Assembly (NCBI GenBank): GCA_026914245.1
Contig: CP110439.1
Coordinates: 5,394,001 to 5,458,000, forward strand
Length of the DNA: 64,000 nucleotides
DNA from: Puccinia triticina
Taxonomy: Eukaryota
Reading direction: 5' to 3'
Made by a program: the position numbers and the translations under genes. This document shows positions 1 to 12,402 of the stretch, piece after piece (the first letter of the stretch is position 1; the number at the start of each line of letters is the position of its first letter). A model generated the notes under the pieces. It saw only the letters and a program-made list of their open reading frames with translations. It was not told the origin of the DNA and made no database searches.

Positions 1-19
1 CAGCTGTTGCTCAGATCAT

Positions 20-3000
20 ATGTTTTCCGATCGTCAATATTTTTCCGAATATGAAAGCTTCAATTCAACGGTCAATGTAGCTAGTGGTCAATCTTTGCCG
101 GTCAAAGGTCGCGGTTTAATCAAAATCAAAAGCGACAACGGCAAACTTTTTACGGTAAAAGCTTTACACGTACCCGGTTTGACTCATGCTCTTTTGAGTC
201 TTGCTCGACTCTCCGGCAGCAACTGCGATTTGATTCGTCGTGACGGTTCAAAATACTTCGTCAAGGATTCTGTGAAGAACGTCATTCTCTTCGATGCGCA
301 GATTCAAAGCAACATCTTTGTCTGTCAAGCGGCTGCTATTCAGCCATCAAGTTCCACGACTGTATCATCGCTCGTGGTGGAAGGTTCGTCTACATCTTTG
401 AATTCTCTAGCCGAACAAAGCATTGATCCTCGATTGCTTCATAGGCGAGCGGGACACCCTAGCCGAGAAGCACTAGCTAAAATGTTTAACTGTAGCTACT
501 CCACCATAGACTGTGAAGCGTGTAGTTTATCAAAATCACATTGACAACCATTTTCTGGTAGTCTCCCAAAACCAACCTGTATTCTAGACTATGTATACAT
601 GGATCTTAGCGGGAAAATTACTCCCTCGAATGTTTGCAAAGCATCCTATTACTTCAAAATTACGGACTCCTTCTCAGCGTACAAACATGTTTTTATCTTA
701 ACTCACAAAAATCAAGCACTCAAAAAATTTAAGGAATATGTAAATGAAGTAACTACTTTTCATTCACGAAAACTCATCAATCTGGTCACCAATGGTGGGG
801 GCGAGTTTTGCTCAGGAGAATTTGACACCTACTTGAAGGATCAAGGCATCATTCACCACATCACGGCACCTTATACGCCGCAACAGAATTCAATTGCTGA
901 GCGTGGAAATCGGACGACAAGCGAGAAAGCGCGAGCACTTCTTAAGCAAGCAAATCTTCCGACAAATCTTTGGGGAGAGGCTGTTAGCACAGCAATTTTC
1001 TACGAGAATATCACTCCAACTAAGAAGATCGGCTGGAAATCTCCTCATGAAGTGTGGTTCGGACACGTTTTCAACCTAGGTCGGCTTCGTGTGTTTGGCT
1101 GCCAAGCATTCATTAACATTCCTAAAGAGCGAAGGAAGGGAAAATTTGGTGATACTTCGAAAGCAGGGGTTTTACTAGGGTATAGGCTGGGTATTCCTAA
1201 CTGGAGAATACTTACAACAGACTCCCGGGTTGAGTACAGTCATGACATCATCTTTGATGAGTCATGTTTTCCAGGAATCTCCCCGGAAGATCTTGCCTAT
1301 CCTGAATTACAAGAAAGTTTGGACGAGCTTCAAGACTCATATGACGTCAATCATCTTGTTTCGCCTTATAATCATCAACTGACGTCATCAGATAGCTCAA
1401 TGACGTCATCTGAAGCGCCTCTTGTCTCGCAAGATCAACACTGCCAGCATAATTGGCTGGGTTAATGTTATCCCAGTTAAACTGGGATGAACTCAACCAA
1501 TTTAAACTTGGTTGATCTCAACTGATGAAATATAAATCCAAGGGACCCCCCTTGGTTTTATATTTCATTGGATGAGATCAACCCATTCTAAATTGGTTGA
1601 GTGCATCCCAGTTAAACTGGGATGACTTCATCCCAGCCAAATATGCTGGCAGTGCAAGATTCGGCAGTGATATCCCCTTCCACTCTTGTTCCTTCCGCTT
1701 CCACAACTATCCCTCATCCACCACCTTCTTTGTCTCTGTCGACATATCTTCCCCAACCCCCTTCGAAAGTTTCAACGGGTGCAAAACCCAGTTGGCATTA
1801 CGTTCCTGCGGATCAGCCGGCTCCGAAAAATATTTCCTCGGATCCAACTGACCCAGCCAATATTCTGACGACAAAGCAACGAGCTCATCTGGTCAACAGA
1901 CAGCTCACCACTGAGCCTTGGTTTGTGCCGTTCTTCAACCAAAGCTTGTGTTTTTCGTCTATAGCGGAGGCTAACTTGGTACCTAAAACGTACAAAGCCG
2001 CGATAAACTCAACTGAAGCTCAGAACTGGCTGGACGCTATCTCCGTCGAACTTAAGGCAATGGATTGCTTGAACGTTTGGGAAATTGTTCCGATTCCGTC
2101 CAATCATGTTCTACTTGGTACAGTGTGGGTGTTTCGCATCAAAACCAACGCGGCAGGTCAATTCGTTAAATTCAAGGCGAGACTTTGTGCGCAAGGCAGT
2201 GCGCAACAAGACGGTATTGATTATAACGAAACATTTGGGCCGACTGGTCGCCTTCCGGCTCTTCGGTCGGTTTTGGCGTATGGCATGAACAACGGCATGG
2301 ACATCCATCAGATGGACGTCAAGAACGCATTCTTAAACGGCACGTTGGACGAAACTGTATTTCTTCGAATTCCTCAAGGTTTAGAAGCACCTCCAGGGAC
2401 CTGTCTTTGCCTTATAAAATCGATTTACGGTTTGAAGCAAGCCCCTTGGGTTTGGTATCGAGAACTTTTGGCATTTTTCGAATCAGTCAATTTTTTCCCT
2501 TCCCCAAACGATCCATGCTTGTTCAGATCGGCTGATCCAGACTGGGTCTGTATGGTACATGTTTACGTGGACGATCTTGTTGTTGTCTCTGAGGATGTGG
2601 CGCGTTTCAAAAACTTCATTAACAGAAAATTCTTAATGGAAGACTTAGGCCCCATTAATTCTTTGCTTGGCATGAAGATTTCTTGGGCAGACGATCATCT
2701 GGAGCTATCTCAAGAAAATTACATTTCCAAAATTCTTTCCGAATTCGACATGACAAACTGTCGTCCGGTTCTAACCCCAATGGTGCCAAATACCACATTG
2801 GTTTGTGCAACTCCTGAAGAAATCGAAGTTTTCAAAAAGCTCAACATCAGCTATCGGCAAGCGGTCGGTTTAGTTAACTGGGCTGCAGTCGCTACCAGGC
2901 CCGATATCACCTTTGCTGTATCTCAGATTTCTTAACATTTAGAAAACCCCGGCATTGTTCACTGGCGTGCTTTCTTACACTTGCTTTGATATCTCTCCAA

Positions 3001-3526
3001 AACCATCGACTTCTCTCTTAACATCGGTGGTAATGAAAATCGAGTTGCAATTTATGTTGACTCCGATTATGCAAACTGTCCTGATACTCGTCGTTCTTAT
3101 TCCGCCTACCTCGTCCGCTGGGGTAATTCAATTATTTCCTGGCGAGCTAAAAAGCAACCATTGGTGGCTTCTTCAACAACTGAGGCCGAGTACAAATCTT
3201 TGTACGACAGTGTCCAAGAAGCAATCTCGATGCGCACACTTCTCACTTCCCTCGACCTACCAATTTATCCAATCCCCATATTTTGCAACAACCAAGGTGC
3301 CATTGCTTTGGCGAGAAATCCTTTGTTTCAACAGCGCTCTAAACACATTGACGTTAAATTCCACTTCATTTGCGAGGCTGTCGACAATAACTTAGTTGAA
3401 ATCAATTACATCTCGACAAATGAAAATCAATCAGACGGGTTCACCAAATCTCTGTCTAATTGTCGTCATCAAATGTTCCTTCGCTACCTCGGATATCAAC
3501 TTTGTGACTTCAAAGCTGAAAACTGA
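20..3526 (+). mobile_element. Ty1/Copia pol (protease end, GAG-pre-integrase, integrase, RT, RNase H), pseudogenised; 5' part outside the window
   Basis: HRRAGH..CEAC zinc finger; integrase motifs MDLSG, TAPYTPQQNSIAER; RT motifs QMDVKNAFLNG, SIYGLKQA, YVDD; RNase H motifs SSTTEAEY, RSKHID. Copia domain order. Same frame throughout with stops at ~542, ~2933, ~2987 and a MITE insertion. Confidence 0.97.
1439..1654. mobile_element. 216-bp foldback MITE, CACTG...CAGTG ends, 3-bp TSD CAA (CACTA/CMC-like)
   Basis: Near-perfect palindrome end to end. CAA at 1436-1438 and 1655-1657. Removal restores the Copia frame (SQDQ|DSAV). Confidence 0.92.
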
Positions 3527-3539
3527 AAACGAGGGGGGG

Positions 3540-3761
3540 TATTGAACTTACAGTAGTCGTCCGGGGTCCTTTCCATTTTTACGCTTTGTTACTCTTACCA
3601 GTTGTGCCGCAGTTGTTCCGAAACCTAGTTGATCCTTTAAATGTCCGCTCCAATTATGTATCGGCTCTTTTCCTTAATCAACTGATAGTTCTCAACAACT
3701 ACAACACTAACACTCATCGCTACAATCAGGTTAGTGTGTCGTTGGTGCTCAAGTCGTATCA
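3540..3761 (+). repeat. Probable 3' LTR of the Copia element
   Basis: Follows the PPT GAGGGGGGG (3531-3539) just after the RNase H stop. TATTG...TATCA ends. No second LTR in the window to confirm. Confidence 0.6.
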
Positions 3762-4640
3762 AGTGTAGATACTTATATCGCTACCTTCTAAAAGTCTGAG
3801 TTCATTAAGATGAACCCGTCTGCCGTCCACTTGGTAGCCGGATAGGGAAGTCCTGGCCTCGCCTATTTCCGCTAACCTTCTCTTCACCGCTTTCACCGGA
3901 CAAAGAATGCCGCGCTGTTGCGACAACACGATCAGCTGGGGGTTCCCCGGGGATGCCGTTTTCGCCGACCGGATCGTCAGCGTCGCAACTTCGCCCAAGG
4001 ATGGGTCGCAAGAGAAAGCCACGTCCGAAGATAACAGTGAGCCACCGTAGTGTAGAGGGCCAGATCTTGAGTCGTACGTCAGCTCGGCTAAACGAGCCAG
4101 GCCCCAGAAGGCAACTATGGCCAGGTCCGCAACTGCCCTGTCGAAATCGTTCCCTCCGAAACGCAGATTCGCGATTGTGACTAGTTTCCATAGCATAACC
4201 GCGGGTTTCGGGGTCTTGTGAGCCACGGATGCGTCGACGCGGGCGCAAGACCTGAGCATCAGGTCGAGCCGGTCCTTATTTTCTGTGGGAAACCGCGCTG
4301 AGTGAAACGTGTGCCACGCTTTAAGACCGCACAAGTATTTCTTGAGCGTCACCGCGTTGATCTTGCCGCCGTTGGACGAGTACGCGTTCCGGCCAGCCCA
4401 CACGCAAAAACGTTCCAGGGCAGTGACGGTGATCGGCAGCGCAGTAAATGGTTCCTTAGTTTGTAGGCAGAAAGCCCTGAACTTCTTGACGGAGCAATTG
4501 TAGCTTTTCAGGGTGGACAGTTTCCAACCGCCCAGTAACACGAGGTCTGCCAAAGATGGCGGTCTCTCGGCCGTGCCGTCTGTGAAGAAGTCTTTGAAAT
4601 CCGCTAATAATGTTGTCGGTTCCATTGGCAAGACATCCAT
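3759..4640 (-). pseudogene. Tyrosine recombinase lacking the C-terminal HxxR/Tyr region
   Basis: AFWGLARLAEL, IRSAKT, LCPVKA present. Sequence departs after RVHL and no GHSFR motif follows. Confidence 0.88.
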
Positions 4641-4786
4641 TGCGTAGACGCCAGGGCGCTGAGTGAAGAAAAGCTAATGAACAGTTCCGTCGCGGGGGAA
4701 GGATGAAAAGTGATTACAACAAAAAACACTGAAGATACTGCCCTTAAAAGGATAGAGACTAAGGGATAGAGCAAGAGAAAACCGAG

Positions 4787-6424
4787 CTACGCATGAAACA
4801 TAAGCGGGGAGAGGTCTTCAGGGATGCAGAACCAGACTCTGTTAGATACATGGTGGGCGCCACGCACGCCACGCGATAGACTGTCCGCGGCATTTTCCTT
4901 GGAGACCACCCGTTTAGGGGTAACGTCTAACTGGACCTCTACAAGTAGGTCCTGTATGTCCTTCCATTCTTCGTTTACATGGATATCGCGTGACTTCCGG
5001 GCAACCAGGACGCTTTCTGTAGTGGTGTTGTCCGTCCAGACGACGAAATTCGTACCTTTCACCACCCAGGTGAGCTCCTGGAGCATGAGGATGCCTATCC
5101 GGATGGCAACCGTCTCCGCCCAGGCAATTGTACGTTTGGGTTTGGGTCCCTCCCAGTCCTCTTTGAACCGCACCTGTGACCATTGGTCTCCAATGAGGAC
5201 GCCGATCCCGAAGCTCGTGGAGGCGTCCCCCACCCAGTTGATTTCAACTTTGTCTGGGATCGGGACGAGCCTGGTGTGTTTAAAACTCGTGAGTGTCTTC
5301 AGCCAGAAACCTAAATCCGTCCCCACGTCCACTGGCAGCGTCCTCGCGGCCCAAAAACGCTTCCATTGGTTCAACCAGCGGTATAAGCTCCGCAGGTAAC
5401 ACCGGAGCTGTGGGAGCACGTAAGAGACGTGGTTGAGCCAACCGGCTAGCACTTCCACATTGTTGTATCTAAACGTCGGCTTGGGGACCAGGAACGATTC
5501 TACTTGAGCAATACGTTCTGCCAGCTTGGCGTCCGGCAAGCGTACGGAGCTGTTGACGCCATTCCATACAAACCCAATGTATTTCTGCTCTGCCGCGAAC
5601 TCTGAGCGCTTGTCTTTGTTCGTCGCCACACCGAGATCCAAGGAACGGGCCACGACCTCCGAAATGGTGCACGGGGAACTCGGGTATTTGATAAACAAAT
5701 TATTGTCTACCCAGCGGAAAACTCTAACCACGTCGAATTCCGCCTCCACGATTCTTTTCCACGCGTCTGCTGGCTTGCTGAAAGACCCACACCCCGCGAC
5801 CCCGCCGAATGTGATTCGAGTATCTAGATATAGGCCGCCTTTTAGGTCCTTTACCATGAGGAAAGGCCACTGTGCCGGATCCGTTGGGATCTGCCGGTAG
5901 GCTTTTTCCCAATCAAAAATTGCCAGGTGGAAAGGCCCTTGGTGTGTTTTGAAAAAATGGGCCACGACTTTGAAATCATCCCAGGTCGTCCTGAACAAGT
6001 TCTTGTCGACGAAAGAATTTACAGACGGGATCTCTGTGTTGTTTCGCGGGAAAGATAAGTCGTTTATCGGCCTCATTTTCCCGTCTGCGTTGACGACTGA
6101 ACCCAACGGGCTTGTCCGGAAGAACGGAAAAATTCTGGATACTTCGACATGAGAAAAAGGACCAAACATTCGTTTCGCTGACAATTCTTTGGCTATAGAC
6201 TTTTGGATTTTATCTTCAGCTTCTATTGCCGAGCTATGATTTTCAGGAGTGTACCAATCCAGATCCCCTATTCTGTGAGCTGATATTCCTTGGTCAAAAC
6301 CTTTTTCAAAACCTGTAATTATGTCTTCCAGTTCAGGCAATAGCCCCGCTTTGTTTAAAGCTAATTTCCATGCTTCAACGTTCATTTCGCACGAGACTGC
6401 TAACGGCCAATGTTCACTTTTCAT
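4787..6424 (-). CDS. DIRS-type reverse transcriptase / RNase H, catalytic DD changed to DN
   Basis: RPINDLS, DWEKAYRQIP, FGGVAG, WVDNN; RNase H motifs GDAS, AWAE, WTDN, NAADSLSR. Confidence 0.93.
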   Translation of the reverse strand: MKSEHWPLAVSCEMNVEAWKLALNKAGLLPELEDIITGFEKGFDQGISAHRIGDLDWYTPENHSSAIEAEDKIQKSIAKELSAKRMFGPFSHVEVSRIFPFFRTSPLGSVVNADGKMRPINDLSFPRNNTEIPSVNSFVDKNLFRTTWDDFKVVAHFFKTHQGPFHLAIFDWEKAYRQIPTDPAQWPFLMVKDLKGGLYLDTRITFGGVAGCGSFSKPADAWKRIVEAEFDVVRVFRWVDNNLFIKYPSSPCTISEVVARSLDLGVATNKDKRSEFAAEQKYIGFVWNGVNSSVRLPDAKLAERIAQVESFLVPKPTFRYNNVEVLAGWLNHVSYVLPQLRCYLRSLYRWLNQWKRFWAARTLPVDVGTDLGFWLKTLTSFKHTRLVPIPDKVEINWVGDASTSFGIGVLIGDQWSQVRFKEDWEGPKPKRTIAWAETVAIRIGILMLQELTWVVKGTNFVVWTDNTTTESVLVARKSRDIHVNEEWKDIQDLLVEVQLDVTPKRVVSKENAADSLSRGVRGAHHVSNRVWFCIPEDLSPLMFHA

Positions 6425-6701
6425 TGGTGAAACATGTGTAAAAACAAAAACAAAGGGGAGAGGAGGTGATAAAAAGTAAAAACAATTGTAATTACCAGAT
6501 TACAATTTTACGAGAAAATTGTTGTTGAGAAAAAGATGCAACCATTTTTTAAAAATAAAAAAATAAAAATAAATAAAATAAAATAAACTAGCCATCTCTG
6601 TATAGGACAATAAATCCTTAAAAACGTACAACACAAAGGACACGAGGACAAAATTGCAACAAGAACTAAACCCATGAAAAACTTTGTGGAAAAACCGTAA
6701 C

Positions 6702-8382
6702 CTACTTTTTCAATCCAGGGGCGGCACCTTGTGGAAAGTGATTGGGCGGTTGGGCTCCTTGATGACCGTAACCTGCAAATCTTGCATGTCTTTTGTCGAC
6801 GTAACCGTCTATAAAGTTCAAACCTTGATAGCCTCTTGTTTTCTTCCTTTGATCTCCGTTGTATGGCATAGGCGGGCCAGTTGCTGAATAGTTCGGCCCA
6901 AATTTAACGTAATCCGACATGAATCCTCTTTGCCTTCCTTGAGGACCTGGTCTTTTGAAACCCTGGTATTGAGACAGGTTGGAAGGGTAACCAGAGTTAT
7001 GCTCATAGTGTTGATGAGCACCGTAAACCGGAGTGTGGTGGCTCTCAAAACCCTCAAAAACAACCGGGCGTCCTTGATTTCGCGCCAAACTTGCAAAAAC
7101 TCCTATCTCTGGATCAGCATGGGCGTATTCTTGAACCAGAGCGTAACAATTTTCCTTCCATCCCGCTTCTCCAAAGGTCCTCACGGTAACGTAAAGCTCT
7201 TCTATAAGAGTCTGCTGTTGGATTGAAATGTCTTGGATTTCAGACCCTTCTTCCGACGTGATTCGGTGAGCAAACGCGGTCATTCTGATTGCCATGTCGT
7301 AACGAAGGGCCGTCATAAAACTGTAACCACCGGCCGCTATTGCATCACAGTGTTCTTTATGCACCAATAATCTAGCTGCAAAAAACTCCATGCCGTATAC
7401 ATCCCTCAGCGTCAAATAAAAATTTTGATGGTTGTTAGTCCAATCGGAGTGAGTCTGAGTCCACTCGGATGGATACGCTAAGCCTTTGTAAGCTTTGTCC
7501 GATTCGCCTGATCTGGAAGACTTCATATTTATATGGGCGTGAATGGCCCTCTTCTTCCATTCTAGGAATAACGTCTTGTTAGACTTCAAAATAGTACCAA
7601 TACTTAATATCAAAAATAAAAACTTACCATTATTAAATATAGTTAGGGGCAAGGGCACCTTCAACGCTTTAATGTTTTCGTCGAAAAACGGAGTGAAACC
7701 CACATCATGATGGCTCAACACCGCACCTATCGCGTGAACTAGACCTAATTCCTTCTCCGCTTTAACTGATTTTGCAATCATTCTTGGTTCAAGTGTCAGC
7801 AAGACTGGGGTAGCCGATACGGTTCTTGTGATTGGTGGTTTATTTTTGATAATATTCAAACCAGAGGCATTCATCAGATATTTCACCAGGATCTCATCAC
7901 CGGCCTGTTGGGCCTCTTGTATCTTGCCCCAAATATGGGCTCGCTCTTGATCAATGTCATCTGATATTTCGATAGCCGGAGGGAGCACATTTGTCGTATT
8001 CAATATCGCCTCAATAGTGGCCTTGGGCAACTTAGGGATTGACGTAATCGTATCTAAATCTAAAACCTCCGCCGCTCCTGCTATCATTAAAAATGATAAT
8101 GATTCAGAATCATATCACAAAAGGACAAATTCATTTCAACTTTCTGAATGAGAAATCATCCTCACTTTTAGTAGGTTCGTCACTGCCCTCCGGGGTCATA
8201 AACTCGTCCTCTAGATTGTGATCTACGGCTCGTTGTGAAGCATCATTCGTAATCGGGATGCCTGAAGTCAACAATTCAGCTACAACCGCCTCTTCTCTTC
8301 GTGCTACTGCATCAACTCGCTCCACCCGCTTAGCAGCTACCGCTCTAGTTACATTCTTTTCAACCATTATGGCTTGTTTCAT
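6702..8382 (-). CDS. ORF1 (gag-like) of the YR retrotransposon, spliced
   Basis: Intron 8165-8081 (GTGAG..TAG) joins the 83-aa and 461-aa ORFs in frame. Intron 7627-7562 (GTAAGT..CTAAC..TAG) is a 66-nt in-frame intron. May start further upstream. Confidence 0.75.
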
Positions 8383-9660
8383 AGATGAAAAATCGGATCA
8401 TTAATGGCGGTGTCAAAACAAAGCATCCGAGTGATACTCACAATGAGTTCCAATTTAAATATATCAGCTTTATGGCGCTACTTCGAATGTCAATGCGGAT
8501 TAAATTTGAGCTATTGATGACGAATCTTGCTCCCACTGACGCGTAAACCACAAAAACAGTGTTTGAGCATGCCTTTGGACTAAATGTCTAGTGGTTATCA
8601 ATGCTTACAGAAATGATAATCTTAGATCCGACTTGTACGAACGATGTGCGCGTTACGGTGACTTCTAAATGCCTGGTGTCTGTTTGTCAATTTCCTAAAC
8701 CCGAGGAATTTCATTTTATTAAAATCATTGTTGTTCACGTCCTGTGACTACACTTCTAAAAGCTGTTGACTTACGAGTCCAATTGGAAACCACTCTGTTT
8801 CTATTTCTCTCTGAATGCCTTGGGGCAGAGTGCCTTGTGACTAAATATCTATTGTCTCTTCAATGTGAGTCGTCTCTTCTAACTGTCTCGGGGCCGGGTG
8901 CCTTGTGACTAAAATATAGGAAACGGTCTATGGACTAAGAAGCCTGATGACACGTATGTGATATAACTGTGATATAACTAGCATCGACGACGTACTAGAC
9001 TACTAGACTCAAAAAAGAAGTTATGCCGAGAAACGTGTTGTGTGACGGCGCAACTATCAGAAGAGGATTATTCGGTGAAAAGTAGATTTCTACGAAGGGA
9101 TTGTTTGATGGAAGGTAGATAGACAGCCTATGAGATAGATGGATAAGGAGGATTGTGATAAGAAGTCGAAAATAAGAGTGTGATACGGAGTCGAGAGGAG
9201 TCTCCTAGACTTAAACTTGTGATGGAGAAAAACGACAATAGGTCGATACGGGTCTTACTAATGAAATCGTATCTCTAAAATGTTTGTAAATGGAAACGTT
9301 TGCGACTCTGAAGCGAGAGGCTTTGGTGATCGTCTGAGGAGAAGTCTGCGGCGGAATGCTTGCAGCTCCTCCTCTGCCATGGGGGGTCATATATGAACCC
9401 CGCCGTGAGGCTGACTAAGTCTGCGCATGACTCGGAGCTTTGTCCCGATCACTCAGGTGCCTCTCGCTTAGTCGCCTCCATGGACAGGGGGGAACTCGTC
9501 CGTTCCTTCCTCGATCCCCTACAATTTGAATACATATGTACCCCGTGTTTTTGATCTTCTTTTTTTCCTTCCTGTAGTAAACCAATTGCCGTTGTCCGAA
9601 ATGATTTTCATATAAGTATGCAGCAAGAACGAGGAGTCGAGTCTAGAGTTGACGCTAGTA

Positions 9661-9875
9661 CTCAAGCCTCCCAATGACCGGTACAAACCGGTCGTTGAGA
9701 GGGATCAACCCTTGCGATGAACGGTCTGTACCGTTCATCGAGTGGACTCAGCCCTCTCGATGACCGGTACAAGCCAGTCATTGAGTGGACTCAACCCTCT
9801 CAATGAGCGGTACAAACCGGTCATCGAGAGGACTCAAGCTGCTCGATGACCGGTCAGACCGTTCATCAAGAGGAG
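9661..9875. repeat. Tandem array of ~5 hairpin units (~42 bp; CTCGATGACCGGT-loop-ACCGGTCATCGAG)
   Basis: Repeating self-complementary units linked by GGACTCAACCCT-like spacers. Confidence 0.75.
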
Positions 9876-10158
9876 ACATACAATATGGAGGCCCTGACGC
9901 ACCAATGTGGTCATTCTTTTTTGACAACTTGTGATTTTGGAATCTCTCCGCCGAAGAGGGCAGTTTTACACGACTTGGCCAAGCCAACAGGTGAATCCCC
10001 ACATCATACTGGCCATACACCGAAGGCCTCTGACAATATGTACTTTGAGGAGGCCTTTGAGCCCATAAGCTCGGGGAGGATTCTGTTTCAGGCTCGCGCT
10101 TCGCGCAAGGGGCGCCTGCCCCTAACTTGCTAATTTCCCTCCTCGGGGGAGCGCAGCG

Positions 10159-11120
10159 AGGACCCAGGAAAGCCCCTACGGAACACAGTAACCAAGATGT
10201 ATGAATTTTTGGTCAAAAACCTGAAAATGTACACACCCCAGATGTATGAATTAGAATTTTGTCCTGAAAGGTACTCACCCCAATTGTATGAATTTTTTTT
10301 TAGGGCAAGGGAGGTAGTACTCAAAAATGTGTGAGAATCTGGGGACAATGCAGTGATGAATCATGATCCCCTCCCCCCCCCTGGCAGTGGTCCAGTTTCC
10401 ACTGCTGGTTTCTACACTTTCTCTCTGAGTTCCAGAATTTTTGCACATCTGCACCATTTATGCCCAGTCACTGAGAGTTTAAATATTGCTGGCGACGATG
10501 GGAATTGTGTATCCCACCCCCAATGATTACCTCTTCTTTGTACAATGTCTCAAACCACATTCTGAGGGCAATGGGAGAATAAATTCTTGAGGAAAAAAGC
10601 TCTCAATAAACCAATAAAAATGTAGGCATAGAATAGCTAGCAAGATGATAGTCCATGCATTTTTCTACCTAAATATACAATCTCAAATATCTTTCTCCCT
10701 TTTTTACACATTTCACTGCTTCCCTAGCCAGTCACAATTGCTACTAAAAATATTACATTGGCCTGTTAGTAGGGGTTTTCACAATATGGAAACCTGGAAA
10801 GGAGTTTGAGTGCTTGCGAGTATTGTTATGAGGATGCTTGGGGCAACTTCTCACGGGACCTCAAGCCAAATGTTTAAGCAAGATGTCACGCCCAAGTAAA
10901 GAAATTTAGTGCCGCAGGAAGGGGGAATGCTTATTGTGAAATCCCCTAGTATTTCTTTATTTCTACGGCTAAAAAGGTACACACGGAAATTGTATGAAAA
11001 TTTTGACAAAATTGTGAACCTACCCACAAAACTTGTATGAATGAGCTCCAAAAATGTATGAATTTTTTGAAAATCCAGGAATTTTGGTTACTGTGTTACT
11101 CAGGGGCCTTCCTGGGTCCT
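10159..11120. mobile_element. Non-autonomous TIR element
   Basis: AACACAGTAACCAA (10182) matches TTGGTTACTGTGTT (~11097), extended by inverted AGGACCCAGGAA(A/G)GCCCCT. Internal TGTATGAATTTT repeats. No clear TSD. Confidence 0.6.
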
Positions 11121-12402
11121 GCGCAGAAACCTCTAAAGGAGGTCGGCGTCCCCCCCCCACATAGAGAGGGGCTTGTTAAGTTAGCTCCTGCGGCCTGCCT
11201 GCCCCTCAGAAGAGGGACTGACCTTCAAATCTTCCCCGTGGGTTTCATCCCGATAAGTTGATCATTGTATAGCCACCTTGCCCCCTGCAAACCCTATCAA
11301 TTGGTTGGCTATAAACAAGTTCGCCAGAAGGGCTTTCTGCCTGAAGAGTTCTTTATAGCCAGCTTGCCAAGAAGATCAAAACCAGCTTAGCGGCAGGGCT
11401 TCCACAAGGAAAACCTCCCCATCAGTCAGCTTTAATTTGTAATTTGTTCTTCCTTGGCGAGCAAAAACCTTCTGAGAGGTTTTCCTCCCAATGAGTTGGT
11501 CTTACATCCAGTTCTTCAGGAGGACTGGTTTTCCTCTCAATGAGTTGGTCTTACATCCAGCTCTTCAGGAGGACTATGAGTTGCCTTGTTACTCATCTGG
11601 CCGCGAGGAAGCCAGCCTAATGCGCTTTATAACTAGCTCTTTGCAAAGGATCAATTGCCTGGCGGGAGTCCCAAGCTTTCCAAATATCAGACCCCATGGA
11701 CTCCACCCACCCTCTGCTACGCTCCCGGTAACACAATATATGGATTTGCCTCCAGGAGCGTTCAAATGAATGGGTTTCCCCACTTTGATGGGCTAATATT
11801 AGCTTGTTGGGTGTTTGTATTTCGGCTAACTGATTTGAAAAAAAAAAGATGGAAGTATCAGCATTTGTCAGCAGCCAATAGCGGGGTTCTGCTACACTTG
11901 TCACTTCAATGGAGGCAATAATGCTACAACAGGCTGATTGTTGCTGCAGACTGTTCATTGAGTGTAGAATATGTGTGCTCCACTGAAGCATCAGGCCCAA
12001 AAAATCAAGGGGCTTGTGTCAAGCTGGATGTCTGCTGGTGTTTTAACCAGTCAATAAAGTTTCCGCAGTAGTTTGTTTTGGCTTTAAAACCAATGTATGC
12101 AAATGTTATTGGCTGTGCTTTACTAAATTTACCCCTATTGAAAGATATCAATGTACCAAGAAGTTTTTAATTTCAAGCTGATGGATTTCAAGAAGCTCCT
12201 AAAGGAAGAGCCCAGCCTCTCTTTCAGATAAGCAGAGAAAGCTGACCATAGATTGATGGCCAATTGCCTTTATTTATTTCTCTCATAAAGCATAGGAAAA
12301 TTCTTCTGACAAACCCCAAGCTTTGAAGTTCTAATCCTATTATCTGATACCCTGCTTGCCCTTATTTGTTCAACTGGATAAAATTCACCTACATTTCTTG
12401 TG

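Larger units (their letters stand above)
3759..9524 (-). mobile_element. Tyrosine-recombinase retrotransposon (DIRS/Ngaro type), 3'-truncated
   Basis: ORF1 (gag-like), RT/RNase H and YR in order on one strand. 5' boundary approximate. Confidence 0.9.

Noticed and set aside
3759..6424. Prokaryotic RT plus integrase system (retron, DGR, prophage)
   Set aside because: RT/RNase H/YR order and motifs fit eukaryotic DIRS-type retrotransposons, and neighbouring genes have spliceosomal introns.
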